The position numbers and the translations under genes are program-made. The notes below the pieces were generated by a model, which was not told where the DNA came from, did no database searches, and saw nothing but the letters and a program-made list of their open reading frames with translations. Shown here piece after piece: positions 12,810 through 25,992 of a DNA stretch of 46,492 nt; position 1 is the first letter of the stretch; the number at the start of each line of letters is the position of its first letter. The stretch covers positions 1 through 46,492 of the forward strand of contig LXFE01004399.1 in the NCBI GenBank assembly GCA_001929475.1. Reading direction: 5' to 3'. The DNA is from Neolecta irregularis DAH-3 (Eukaryota).

Positions 12810-13500
12810 TTATGAAAGGCTTCTTTGCTGATTGTTGCATTGTTCAAACCAATCTTGCCATGAACCAACGTAGTTTCCAATTCTTGAAGTTAATGTTGAT
12901 CTTGGTTAAACATGATTTACTTTCTATAACCTGCTTGTTCAGCAGATATTGATGCGAGGGTACTTCGAACGCCGGCCTGACAGTAGAATACAAGCTCCTT
13001 TAATCATCTAGCATCGATCAATTCACCTGGAATACCTTGTCTTTGTCGGGTTTCTCGAATCCAAATCTCTCCTGGAATTCTTCAGGAGATAACCGCCACG
13101 CGTCATGTATCTTTGTGAGCGGCAGATTAACTGATGTGGGAATGGAGCCGGAAGCAACCTCGCAGGGTTCCCGAACGTCTGACAGGGGTGAGTTTAGACA
13201 ATTGATTTGTATAACGATACCAATTAAGATTATGTTATCATCACTCGATATTCGAGAGGAAAGTTCCTTTATCTACATTTCAGGATTTCAGAATACGGGC
13301 GGGAGGACCTTTGGATAGTCGTATAGCGTTGTCTTGGATTCTGACTGACTTTGCTTGGCAGTGCGATGGGATGACGAGAGGCTGAATTTGCGACATGCAA
13401 CGACTCTTGGCAACAGTATTCCGGACCGCACTATGGGCTGTATGCGTTTCCTTATGGCTGGATTGGCCCTAGAGAGACGCGCGAATGGATGGAGATGCAT
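12810..13500 (-). CDS. Mitochondrial single-domain rhodanese / thiosulfate sulfurtransferase (Rdl1/Rdl2-like); mostly missed by the ORF track
   Basis: Arg/Ser-rich presequence, then spliced LID|VREPCEVASGSIPTSVNLPL, LSPEEFQERFGFEKP, LVFYCQAGVRS and GNYVGSWQDW*; 4 introns. Confidence 0.88.
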
Positions 13501-13731
13501 TATGCCAATTAGGAGGAGTGTTGAAGCACAGCCCCGGGACAAGTCTGTTATATTCAGGCTGCATAAACACTAACCCACCAGTCTGCAAATATTTGAGCTC
13601 GCAAAACTGGATTACAAGATGGTGTTACGGGTCGATTTGGAGAATCGAGACATCTCCTGCGGATGCCAAAGTGCTGTTTTCCACTGCCTGCCACTTAAAG
13701 AATACTCCTGCCGTCGTCGATTCGCGCTACT

Positions 13732-16700
13732 ATGGCAAAACGGCTCCGGTACGGCTTCCTGACTCCTGCTGTAAACAAAAGACGCGAAGTTCCGCAGAGA
13801 GTGTCTCGGACGTACGACGAGGAAGCCGTTCCAGGCAGCGAACGAGACCCACTGCTCCTGTCCTTTGCCGCCCATTCGCTGGACAACATACCTGTATATC
13901 CTCTGACACACGCGTTGCGGGATGAGATACACACTGCTGTTGATACCACGTTGACTTGGGAGCAGTTGAGAAGTCCACAGGTCAACCAGTATCTGTCTAG
14001 CTGAAAGGGAAACGTTGACATTAACAGATTTCTCGTTCGACCGATTTTGACAAGGTGTAAAGGGAAGAACTCTAGAGCCATTGTCTTTGCTCTGCTCGCA
14101 AATTGCGTTCAATTCCGAAAGGAAGCCGTGGAAAATGCGTCAAAGACGGGAGCATCAATATCACGGGGCTTGATGTGTGAATTGCTAGCAATCAAGATTC
14201 TCAAGGACTTCTCGCCGCGAGAACTGGTATTGCTCCTTGTCGGAGGTACTGTCGTGATATCTAGATTGATGTTCTCTCATTCGACTTTTGGCCCTTGCAA
14301 GGCGACCCAAGTAGCAAACGCAATGGCCTTCCACCAAGATGGCAACGCATATCTGCTCTGGAAATAGCAATCAGAGCTGAAGCAAAGCATTTCCTCGCGA
14401 ATCCTCTTGTTGTTCACGTCCTAGAGAACATATGGGCTGGCAATATTGTTTTTCACTTGGCAGCTGACAAGCACGACTTTTCAGATCATTACATGCGGAA
14501 GGCTGCTTCTATATATGATGCCCGAGAATCCAGCATTTTCAAACTTAGTCGTCTACGCGTACCGAGATATAAGCACTACATGCAGACTACGAGTTTCGCA
14601 ATTGTATGCTTTAAATGATGATGATTCATTCATACTGTAGCTCTTGATCCTTTATATCGCAGTTCTCGTTGAAAGACGGTTAGACGTAGGACCTCTAGAA
14701 ATTTTTATGGTTCTTTGGTCTTTTGGATTTATGCTTGATGAAGTATGCCTAGCCTTGTGAGACATGGCTGATGATAAAAGGTTGTGGGGTTTTTGACCTC
14801 TGGAACATCACTATATTTATTGAACCTCTGGAATTTGTTTGATGTGTTTTAATGGTCTCAGCTGTTGCCGTCTCTGACAGAATATAGGTATTCATTCTTC
14901 TTTTCTTTTCGGCCTTTGTGGGCATTCGAATTTATGGAGTTCTTACCGCCCAAGATGGTTCATTACAGCGAGCAAGTACGGCATATGATGTTCTCGCAGT
15001 CAATGCAATCTTCTTGCTACCCCGTTTGTTTACCGCATTGGGTATAGGCGTAATGTTGAGAAAATGCTGACCTGCCTAGATCATCAGCGCTATTTCTCCC
15101 ACATGTTAGTTAGCTTTCGTAAAATGTGCTACGATCTTATTGTTACGATGTTATTCGTGGTTATTTTCTTCTCAGGTTTCTTTTTGGCGTTCTCGGCAGG
15201 GTTTGGTGTGCATGAATATCGTAGACATCAACTAAATCTCTAGCTCGCGAGACATTTTCGCCCGGAAATGTTGCATATATGCTTGGAGTATGTCTCCAGT
15301 ACAAATTCCACTTGTTTAATAGTCAAGCAAATCTTTCTTGGTTTCACGCTACCCGCCTGGAATACAATGCATCAATATAACCTCCTTGGCCAAATATGCA
15401 TGCTGGCATTCGTTGCCACATCACATTTCCTTGTTGTCACGATTCTCGTCTCGGTACTTAGTAATACTTTCTCTCATGTAATTGATAATGCTCATGAAGG
15501 TATTCAGTTCACTAATGTTCCTTTCTCACGTTTTCAAGAACACCAATATCTCTTTGCTGTAAATACAATCACAGCCGTCAAATCAGATGCCCTTTTTCAA
15601 TACCAATCACCCTTCAACCTCATCGAATGGGCAATACTCCCTCTCATTTATGTTATGCCACGATACAATTTCGTGCGAATGAACCGTTACGTTATTAAAT
15701 TTACACACTTCCCGATTCTCTTTACTATTTACTTATACGAGCGGTTCTACCTTTTGTCGAAAACGTTCGAACCGAATGATCTGTTGCTTTCCCGCACTCG
15801 TAGTTTCGATACTCTCGCGAATGGATTTTCCCCAGTCGGTAAAGCCGGCCAATTGAAGACTAAGAATTTGTTATTGAGGCGCTTCCGTCGCGAATCGATT
15901 GCAACACAAGGGCATGAGGTTATTCTTGATGAAATGTTTAAACGTCTTTCCACTGGAAAAAACAACAATGCAAATGCACGTAATGGTAATGCTACGAATC
16001 CTGTGATATCAGCGTGGATTAAATCAACTCCAGTGCCCGGATCTCCGTTAATCAGTGAAATTCCCCGCAAAACCTCACACTTCGGTTCTGTGGTCTTCCA
16101 AGGCAAGTCTCCTTACCAATCTCGTGTTGTCTCACAGGCGTCGAACGCAATGGATAAACCTCTTGTCCTGTCAGACCCAGAAAACTTTGTAGCGTCAACC
16201 CATTTTCGGAAGCGGCCGGTTCACAATACACAAAGTGATGTCGAAGGCTCTGACCGCACTATCGAAACTGAGGAGGAGCAAGGAGATGATGAAGACCCTG
16301 GAACGGATGCCATTAACCAAGATGATGATGATGTCCTGCGCCCATATACGGTGCATGACATTTCCACTCCAACGCCTTCGAATACTGGTCAATTTCAAAA
16401 TGACATGACACCCAAAAGACCTACCTTGTACGATCGAACAAAGTCTGGTGCAACGGTTCGTCGAGCTGATGATCGCAGAGTCTCTTCAGCAACAATGTCT
16501 TCCGTAAATTGCATTGGAGAAATGTCTGATGTTCCGTCCCTTCGCGTATTTCGTCCTCGACCCCCTAACGGCATAGAAATTCAACCAAGGGTCTTTTCGG
16601 GTGCCTCAAGTGAAGGACAGTTGCATCAGTATGCACCATCGAGCTTTGCAACGCAGTTTGCTTTGCATAATGATGCCAGTTTGCCTGAAAGAAATTCTGA

Positions 16701-16872
16701 TGAGATGATAGCCTCAATCTTATTTGGAAGGCTGGACAATATGGAGAATTTAGTCAAGGAGAGGGTGGATCGAGTTGAAAGTGCATTAACGCAAATGCTG
16801 CGAGAAGTAAAAAGATTAAGGAAGGCAGATCGAGGCTCGAGTCAAGTAAGACTGACGGCGAACAGTCACTGA
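13732..16872 (+). CDS. Fungal TRP-like cation channel (Yvc1 family), about 9 introns
   Basis: DTTLTWEQLRSPQVNQFLVRPI, SALEIAIRAEAKHFL, SRLRVPRY, several hydrophobic TM exons (14641-15470), PFNLIEW and a long cytosolic tail with a terminal coiled coil. Confidence 0.82.
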
Positions 16873-17022
16873 CGATGTGTTTTGAATATTTTCTCCCCGA
16901 ATCTGGATATTCAGATGATTTTTTCCATTGATTAAAGTATAAGCGCTGGGTAATGCGCCAATTTTGAATTGAATTGAATGTAGATGACCGCAACTAACGA
17001 GCCTTAAATTATTTCATCTGAA

Positions 17023-17779
17023 CTACCAGGACTTCGAGATCTTGAAAGCCCAATGGAAACGGATATGTTCCATACAGTCATCGTCAACAAAGGCCGACGT
17101 AGCCTCATAGTCCCCCCTCGCCATCATGCCCTTTGGTGCTTCTTCTTGATTGACTATTGTTATCAATCGCATGGATGAGGGGTATATGCATTTTCGCTCA
17201 TATGGCTCAGAATTTGTATTTGGTCCATATGATCCAATCATTTCCTCGCATTTATCAACTCGCACGCCCAATCGTTTGACAGTTTGGATGTATCGCAATC
17301 CAGAAACTACATCGTGTTGAATTCGAAACTTGACTTTTAGTTGATACATAGTTCCTTCCTTGATCGTGAACGGTGTTTTTCTTAAGTTTTCAATTGCCGC
17401 TATATAGTTGGATCACTCAGATAGCCCAGGGAGACTTACCTTGATTGCTCATGTCTAATACAACATCATCCCGACCAGCGACTTCCATAGCGAGTGAAAT
17501 AATGACGACCTAAATGTCAGTTCGGTTACTGCCAGAGAACCCCTGCCTTTCTTGGATCATTTGGGTCAACAGCAGGAGGTGGGCCACCACCTGGTTTGAT
17601 TCCCAGTGACTCCTTCCACCTGGCTAGCGACTCATCCTCCTTATCCAAATTTGCGTATTCGTCTAGAGTCTTTTTCTGTCCAGGTTTATAGCTAGATTTC
17701 AATTGAAAATCTATAAAAGGGACTAGTACCCCTCAGCAAACGTTGGTTTCAAGTCGTCGTCGTCCTGGTTCGTGGTCAT
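17023..17779 (-). CDS. RDI1: Rho GDP-dissociation inhibitor
   Basis: LDKEDESLARWKESLG, PFTIKEG..YQLKVKFRIQHDVVSGLRYIQ.VKR.GVRVDK..EMIGSYGP and EEAPKGMMARG.Y.ATS.FVDDD; 4 introns. Confidence 0.95.
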
Positions 17780-18496
17780 CAAAACTGAGAAAGGAGTAAC
17801 GAGAAAGCTGAGTTGATACAGGCTTAACCACAACTGACATTGGAATAAAAACCAATCCGCCAAAATGCCAACCAATACAATAAAAATTGAGTGCTTATAG
17901 TGTTTCAGAATTTATTTCGTCAGACCATGTAATTGGGTTTCGACGGCGAACAGTCCATCAAGGGTCAAAGTGTCAACTTTGACAAGTTTAACATACTCTA
18001 AAAGTATTCTCGAGAAATTGACTATGGCAGAGGCAATACAAACTCTATATCTCGTTTCTTCTTTTTCTTTTGATGAGGCGTTTAATCCCGAATTGCGGCT
18101 GAGCACTACGTCATCCCGGAAGAAACATCGACTGGCTGGCAACCTGCCAAGCCAATTATATACCCTTTGTAACAGTAACTATAAAACATCTATACAATCT
18201 GGCTTCATCACCTCACCAATAGTAACATTCTGACAGATTTGTTGAATTTTAATGGTTCATCAGAATGGCCATGATAACGTCAAAGCAACTGGTTGATAGG
18301 TGATATGCTGTTGGGTTAGTAGTACTGGAGGTAGAAAAGACATTTACATTGGGAAAGAGTGCAACAAGATGAGTCACGATATGAAAAATATGACAATGAT
18401 ATTGTGTGCAATCTTTTATAACAAATATAATCTGGACAACACCTGGTGGCGTAGTGATACTTGCTGCTATTATGACAACTTAGGGGTTCTGAAAGA

Positions 18497-19034
18497 TCAA
18501 GTTTGTATCTTATTGTCTCCTGGCCCTGAGAAGAATTTCAATGGATGATGTATACCTTTTACTACGGCAGCATAGGAAGGAGGTAGAGGAGCCCCGCCGA
18601 CAGTGCCTTCGGTCATACTGTTAGACTGTAGATGCTGCGAGGAGGCGTTTGCTGGACGAGAACCAGACTGGTAATTTCCAGGTGGAGGAAGCGACTGGTA
18701 ATGATGAGGCTCAGACTGATAGTTGTATCGATATTGGTCGTTTCTCTCGATGTCGTTTCTGCTCCACTCTTGCTCCTCGTCGGGATACTTGTAGATAATG
18801 CTGCGAATTCAGACATGCTTGGCATATGGGGAATTTACTACAACGCGTGGACGACACCTGGCAAAAATCCGACGAAACTCAGAACGATGTTGATGAGGCC
18901 TAGCAGTGAGATTTGGCCGTGGATAGGATACCGTCTGCAGAACAGAAGCCGCGTTTGATCCACACCGGCAGCGGAGGCAACATAACCGCCAAGATCGCTA
19001 ACAGAAAATCGGACACTCGAGGAGAACCAGCCAT
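18497..19034 (-). CDS. Pmp3/Sna-family (UPF0057) small membrane protein with PPSY motif; absent from the ORF track
   Basis: Spliced translation MAGSPRVSDFLLAILAVMLPPLPVWIKRGFCSAD|GLINIVLSFVGFLPGVVHALY|IIYKYPD...PPSYAAVVK..GDNKIQT*. Confidence 0.85.
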
Positions 19035-19126
19035 TGTGGAGTTGGTTGTGGTGATGTCACACCGCCGCTATTAGCCGCATCGGGTGTCGCAGGAATCCTC
19101 ACCGCCCGCGCCTGCTGTGATAAACA

Positions 19127-21147
19127 ATGCGACTGTTCCCGCGGCTGCCTCCAGCAGTGCCGCCTGATTTCTATTCAAGCCGCCAAGACCGCGAATGGGC
19201 TCAGGGCAGGCGGTTTGGGGTTGTTATCGATGCGGGATCTTCGGGTTCGCGGGTGCAAATCTACTCTTGGCTGGACAATGCAATTGCGGCCCAGGATGCA
19301 ACAGGCGAGGAGCTGTACAGGACGCCTGCAGTGGAAAAAGGACAGCGCAAAGGAAAAGAATGGACATTCAAGATGCATCCTGGTATGGAGAATATGTTGG
19401 TTTGGCGTGACTCGTTCCAGGAATCTCGACATTTACTTCTCGTCTTGAAGATCTCGGCAAAGAACATCTCAAACCGCTTCTGGACCATGCTTTGCAGCTT
19501 GTTCCTCCGCCTGCTGTTGCTACTACGCCCTTGTTCTTGCTGGCCACTGCCGGGATGCGCCTCCTGACCCCAGACATGCAACGCGCTATCTTGTCTGAGA
19601 CCTGTAGATACGCACGGCAATACACAGAGTTCCTGCTCCCAGACTGCGACCTCCATATCCAAGTTATTGATGGCGAGACAGAAGGATTGTATGGTTGGGT
19701 GGCTCTCAATTATCTCTTGGGCGGCTTTGACAATCCTCAAGATCTCGCCTCAACAGCTCGTCGTAGCACATATGGGTTTCTCGATCTCGGCGGAGCAAGC
19801 GCACAGATTGCTTTCGCCCCAAATGCCACAGAAGCAGAAAAACACAAGGACGATCTTATCCTGTTACGATTACGCTCCCTCGATGGACACTCAAGGGAAT
19901 GGAAGGTATTCGTGACAACTTGGCTGGGTTATGGAGCAAACGAAGCCAGAAAAAGATACATCGAGCAACTAGCCAAAAGCCAACCAAAGGAGGAATTATT
20001 TACATCGGATCCGTGCCTTCCAAAGAACGCACAGGAGACTTTCTCGCCATCTCCAGAAACTTCACCGGCAGTTTTACTCGTTGGCACAGGTGATTTAAAG
20101 TCGTGTCTCCTGTCGCTGGAGCCTGTTCTTGGAAAACATTTACCATGTCCAGACGATCCTTGCTTCTTTGGAGGAGTTCATACACCTCTTATCGATTTCG
20201 ATGTCAACCATTTTGTCGGTATCTCAGAATACTGGTATTCCAGCAATGATGTATTTGAATTAGGCGGTGCATATGACTATGTTACATATTCAAAGAAAGT
20301 AGCCGAATTCTGCACTCAGAACTGGCCAGATACCATGATTGAAATTGAAAATGGAACATATGGGAAGCATGTATCCCCTGATAAAGCTCGCAAACTATGC
20401 TTTAAAGCTGCCTGGGTGATAGAAATCCTTCACGACGGCTTTGGGTTTCCCAAAATCCCTCAAGAGGAATTATCGAGTTACAACGGTACTACTGATCTTA
20501 TCCAAGGCGCGAACCGGAAGGGCTTTGACGTCCCTTTTCAAAGCGTCAATGAAATCGATAAAGTAGAAATTTCATGGACCTTGGGAAAAATGTTGCTCTA
20601 TGCATCAAGCGAAGTTTTGTCTGATTCACCCGACCCCGTTGGATTTGGTCCATACATCAACAACGGAAAGGCTTCATTCCATCTCGCTGGGGAATCTCAA
20701 ATCGCATATCCTTCAAACCACATCGACTTTCGTCGACTTTCGGGTATGCTACTATTTATGATAATGTTTGCAATCGTGATTTGGCTACTTATCGGTCGTA
20801 ATCGACGATCTTGGATTTTGACAAATGTCCGATCGTGTGGACTCTGCCGTCAACAACGCAAGGTCATGAATGCCTCGGGCTATTATGAGCGCATCCTCGA
20901 GGAAGGAAGCGAGCCATCAATTGAGACTATCACAGGGAAATTTGAATTAAGCGAAATGCGAAGAATTCCCGTCTCCCAAGAAAATTTAAGCCGTCCTCTC
21001 TCCGAGCGAACAAATTCTATCATAATGGGCCATGATTCAAGCTCCTTGACAATGTCGGCACAAACTAGAGCAAATTCAGAGGCTTCCTTTCTTCGTGATC
21101 ATGAGGGACACAGATCGCGGAGTCCGTTTCGACAACTTCAAAATTGA
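19127..21147 (+). CDS. YND1: Golgi apyrase (GDA1/CD39 NTPDase)
   Basis: Apyrase conserved regions VIDAGSSGSRV, ATAGMRLL, IDGETEGLYGW, DLGGASAQI and SWTLG; C-terminal TM helix; one intron near 19383-19420. Confidence 0.93.
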
Positions 21148-21679
21148 AAAGCTAAATAATGGCATTACACCTTTCAATTTAGAATTTCAAGAGTCTTTTC
21201 GATATAGGATCGATCACAATAGAACTGCATTGTTGGTTTCTTCTAGAGGATAATTGATACATGTCCGGTATCGCATCACCCTTGATCAGTGACGCAAGCC
21301 AAAGGGATGTTTATATGCTTGTCTCCCCTGCGAGCCCAACATTCCCTGTTGCCTTCACTGTTCAAAAAAAACAATTCACTCAAAGTCGGGAATATTCGCA
21401 TCATATATATCATATAATAGAATAATATAACGAAAAAAGCTTCAACTCGCAGAGTACTTCTCTTCCCAAAAGATGCGCAAGTTATCACAAGAACTCCGAG
21501 ATCCTCAATTAGTAATTTGACAGAATGACAAACTTGGCAGCCAAAAACCAATGAATCAGGATCTAGTTCAATACTTTCATTCTCAGATGACTCTCAGTAG
21601 AGTGGGTCTCGTTTGTATTTGATTGTGAATGTCAGAAATCAAGGGTCTGTAGTAGAAGTTTTTGTATTATTTCATCTTC

Positions 21680-22419
21680 CTAATCACTCTCTCGTTCTAT
21701 GAACGTGGGATCTGCATTGAGCCGAGACAAAAGCCTTTCCTGCCAATTTTTTAGCGCCCTTAATGGCACGTAACTAATATTTGGATCGATCATGGCTAAT
21801 GAAATCGTTCCCTCGGGCAAATTTTCAGTTGTAAAGCTCGTCATGTAATTGTACAAATTCTTTACTATGCGTTCTACAATGACTGGGATCGACGTAGAAA
21901 TAGATGTTAGCGCTCTTGTGGCTGTCTGTGTTGAAGATGTGGGGGGTTGAAGACGTTCAATTTGAGATTGGACGAGATCAGTTGATTCCACGCTGATACC
22001 AATTTTGATTGACGGAGAGGACACGAATGGATTTGGAGTGGAGCCTGGAAACTGTCCACGAAGTCTAAATATAGCTGAAGGTTTCTACGTTCGTAAGAAA
22101 GGAGGGTGTTGGAGATGTATTACTGAATTCATTATCGCTCCGAGTAGTTGAAACGGTCCATCTTGCCATTGAAAATGCACAGTTGCAGAAAAACCTTCAG
22201 GAAAGGGATCTGTTTTGTCGGTGATCCTGGAATTTAAGGTATAGAGATACTTGATGGTAACAGAAATATTACAATATGGTTTATTGCAGCACCATCCTCG
22301 AGATTGAACAGGAAATGAGTCTGGTCTATCTGAATTCATAAGAAGAATGCAGGGTGTAACAAGTATACTTGCTCAATATTCGTTTGAACAAGACGGCCTG
22401 CAACAATACAGCCGAACAT
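21680..22419 (-). CDS. OPI10: Hikeshi/Opi10-like protein (DUF775)
   Basis: MFGCIVAGRLVQT, NHIVIFLLP, FQLLGAIMNS|KPSAIFRL, IGISVE, RIVKNLYNYMTSF and YVPL..L.NW...DPTF; 3 introns. Confidence 0.88.
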
Positions 22420-22517
22420 TAGAGGAATCAAGATTATTTGAGAGTGACATGCTTCGAGATCACGTTCATTTCGTTTACTCGCGAAAATCTTGTCGCGACG
22501 TAATCTCGGTAACCACC

Positions 22518-24935
22518 ATGACATCGGAAGACGTTCTTACCGCTTTAAAATCTCTTAAGATTTATGCTGCTACAATTGCCCATGATACAACTCCGAATGC
22601 GCAAGCTTGGAGAGAAGCCCTTTTGTCGCATTCGACCCCGTTTATTCTCTCAAAAACTCTAGCATTCAAACCAAAAACGCCAAAGTCAGACACCCCAGTT
22701 TTGATACTCGTCGTCGCACTTGAATCGACAGATACTAATGCGGCCGCGGTCAACAAGGTTATGAATGTCAAAGATTCGAGGTTTGCTACCCCTGAATTGG
22801 TTAAAGATCGTCTTGGAGTCGCACCGGATGATGGTGACTCCTACGGTTTGTCCTTCACTGAGCAATGCAGTTTCACCTTTGTCTATCACATCTGCAAATG
22901 CTTCTGCTATCCGAGTCGCCCTTGATTCTAAACTGGTCACATCAGCTAAACCAATTGCTTTTCATCCATCGGCTTCCAACAAGACAGTATTTCTGACTTC
23001 CGCACAGCTACAGAACTACCTCGAATCGACAGGTGTCGAGGTAGTCACTGCTGAATTTTCTGCTGCTACTCTGTACATGCCTTATTCAAACTTTGATTGA
23101 ATATCCAGTGCTCTGGTTGCTTCTTCAGAAGCCACAAAGGCATCATCGAAGAAAGTCAAGGAAGATGGTTTGTGTGTCCTTCAAATTAAAGGGTTCATAA
23201 TTAGCCAAAATTGAAGGTGCTGCGTTAATTGGCATTGACGTGAAGAAGGAGCAGGACTTCCCCAACTGGTACCGACAAGTGTTAACCAAGGGCGATATTG
23301 TGAGTACCTTTTCAAGTAATTACAGCTGAGCCGTATAGTTGGATTACTATGATGTTTCCGGTTGTTATATCATGAAGCCCGGTTCATATCATATCTGGGA
23401 GACTATACAGAGTGCAATCCGTTCACGTCTACAGCATTAATTGCAAGAATTCTTTGATGGTGAAATAAAAAAGCTGGGAGTTGAGAATGCTTATTTCCCC
23501 ATGTTTGTCTCTTCAAAGGCCCTTGAGAAGGAGAAGGATCATGTTGAAGGGTTTGCCCCAGAAGTTGCTTGGGTCACTAGAGCGTACATGATCTAAACAC
23601 CATGCATATATTAATTTAATTAGTGGTTCGAGTGATCTGGAAGAACCAATCGCTATTCGACCAACTTCCGAGACTGTCATGTATCCGTATTATGCAAAGT
23701 GGATTCGAAGTCATCGGGACCTTCCTTTGAAAATTAATCAGTGGAATTCTGGTAGGTGAATGAGTCATTTCCTCTCTAAAGTATTAGTTGTACGCTGGGA
23801 GTTTAAACATCCTCAACCTTTCCTTCGAACTCGTGAATTTCTATGGCAGGAAGGTCATACAGCTTTCCTTACAGAAAAAGAAGCTATGGAGGAAGTCTAC
23901 ACTATCCTTGATTTATATCGACAAATATACGAAGATCTTCTTGCCGTTCCTGTCATTAAAGGCATCAAATCCGAGAAGGAAAAATTTGCAGGAGGACTCA
24001 AGACGACTACCGTTGAAGGGTTTATTCCAACAACTGGCAGAGGGATCCAGGGCGGTACATCACATTGCCTCGGGCAAAACTTTTCAAAAATGTTTGGAAT
24101 TACCGTCGAAGATCCAAAATTCAACGGGGAAGGCGAGAAGCCCAAGTTACACGTTTGGCAAAACTCGTGGGGAATTACAACTCGAACCATCGGTGTTATG
24201 ATTATGACTCACGGGGACGACAAAGGACTAGTATTTCCGCCTCGTGTTGCAAATACTCAAGTCATTGTTATTCCTTGCGGAATCAATGCAAAGGTCACAG
24301 ACGATGATCGAAATGCTGTCGAGTATCGAATTTCGCGGATTGTCAGCGATCTCTGTGCTGTAGGAGTTCGCGCAAAAAGTGATATGAGGGATCTTCATAG
24401 CCCGGGCTACAAATTTAATCATTGGGAATTACGCGTAAGTTTAGTTTTAGGAATTACTGACATCCAGGGTGTTCCTCTGCGAATTGAGTTCGGACCGGGC
24501 GACATGAAGAAATCTCAAGTACTCTCTGTTCGTCGAGATAACGGCGTCAAAACACCCATTGCTTTATCTAACGTCGAAATAGAGGTTCCGAAGCTCCTTG
24601 AAACAATTCAATCGGATATGTTCATTAAGGCTAAGACGGTTTTCGATAGTCGGATAAAGCAAATCACCGAATGGGAAAAGTTTGTTCCCGCTCTTGATAG
24701 CAAGAATGTTGTCCTGGTTCCTTGGTGCGAACGAGACGATTGTGAAGACAACATTAAGGAACGCAGCAGTCGACAACCGGATGATACCGCGGTCGATGAA
24801 AAGGCGCCAAGCATGGGCGCCAAGAGCCTTTGCATACCTTTTGATCAACCTGAAGGAATTGTTAAAGGTAAAATGAAATGTGTAGCTTGTAACCAGGATG
24901 CCTCTGTGTGGTGTTTATTCGGTAGAAGTTATTAG
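22518..24935 (+). CDS. Cytosolic prolyl-tRNA synthetase with N-terminal YbaK/ProX-like domain, 8 introns
   Basis: [70 protein letters not shown] and C-terminal LFGRSY*. Confidence 0.96.
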
Positions 24936-25008
24936 ATAAAGGAGTCTGTGATTTTAATACATTATACAGGAGAGTCTTGTAGACTATTTAAATGTTGCTG
25001 GTCATAAG

Positions 25009-25806
25009 TCAACGAATATCAGTTGAAATTTTCTTGGTGAGTCGCTCGTACATAAGTTCGTGAGATTTCAAACAGAACCCACGAGCTTGACGTAAACATA
25101 ACGAAAACTAAATGTTAGAGGCATTCAAGTGGCGTATTACCTCGTCCCAAGAAAACGAGCCGTTGCTTTCGGAGAAAACCGCCCTGTCCTGAACGTTGTA
25201 ACATACAACATGAGTTGATTTGGCATTTAATAAGGCCGTCTTATCCGGATTTTCCGATATTACTCCATCTGCCGATAAAGCAATCGCTGTAGCTGATATT
25301 GTTGAATCCAATGAGATACCAGCATCTATCAGAGCGAGACAAGTTGCATTTAACGCTGCAGCGAGAACTAAGGGCATCTAGTCTCAGCTTCTGTAATATA
25401 CATCATTAATTACTCCAAGACAATCCGGAGCTCCCACAGATATGACTTGACAGACGATTTGGATCAATGTGCGGGGGTGTTGATCAACCAATATGATTGG
25501 AGCGATAGCTTTTCGAACTAATCGTTCCATCAATTTTTCTCTTGTATCAATATTGTCAGCTTTGAGTTTTCCTATCACAGGCTATACTTGGAACCCCCGT
25601 GGCAGGTATAATAATAACCTCCAGAGCTGCTTCTCCAGGAAGTTCATCCCTTTGTTTAACTTCGATCGGGCCGGCGACAGAGCATATAACCTCCGTCACA
25701 TCTTTTTAAGTTCAACAATATGACTTTCATAAGCTCTGGTACCAGTTTTCCAACATGCCGAACCGTCTGCTTTGTGGAGTTCAGGAAATTCTGCAGATAC
25801 AGTCAT
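25009..25806 (-). CDS. RRP46: Exosome RNase PH-like subunit Rrp46
   Basis: LHKADGSA, VICSVAGPIEVKQRDELP, TREKLME, HPRTLIQIVCQV and AAALNATCLALIDAGI; 4 introns, one with a problematic acceptor (see findings). Confidence 0.88.
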
Positions 25807-25992
25807 CAAGATCAAGTGTGAAACTTGGTGTGGAGCCGTGAAACAAAAAATTGTAGTTAGCTTTTCAGGATGATATATATACATGAACAAAAATAATAAT
25901 TATCATGTAATGATGAAACAGTGTTTCAAGTCCATGGCGACGATAACTTTGACCTTTCTCAAATTTGAGCAAGTCAGTTGTATTCAAACTCT

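Noticed and set aside
17912-18548. ORFs of 76-87 aa between RDI1 and the Sna-like gene
   Set aside because: No recognisable motifs and mostly non-ATG starts; likely promoter or UTR sequence.
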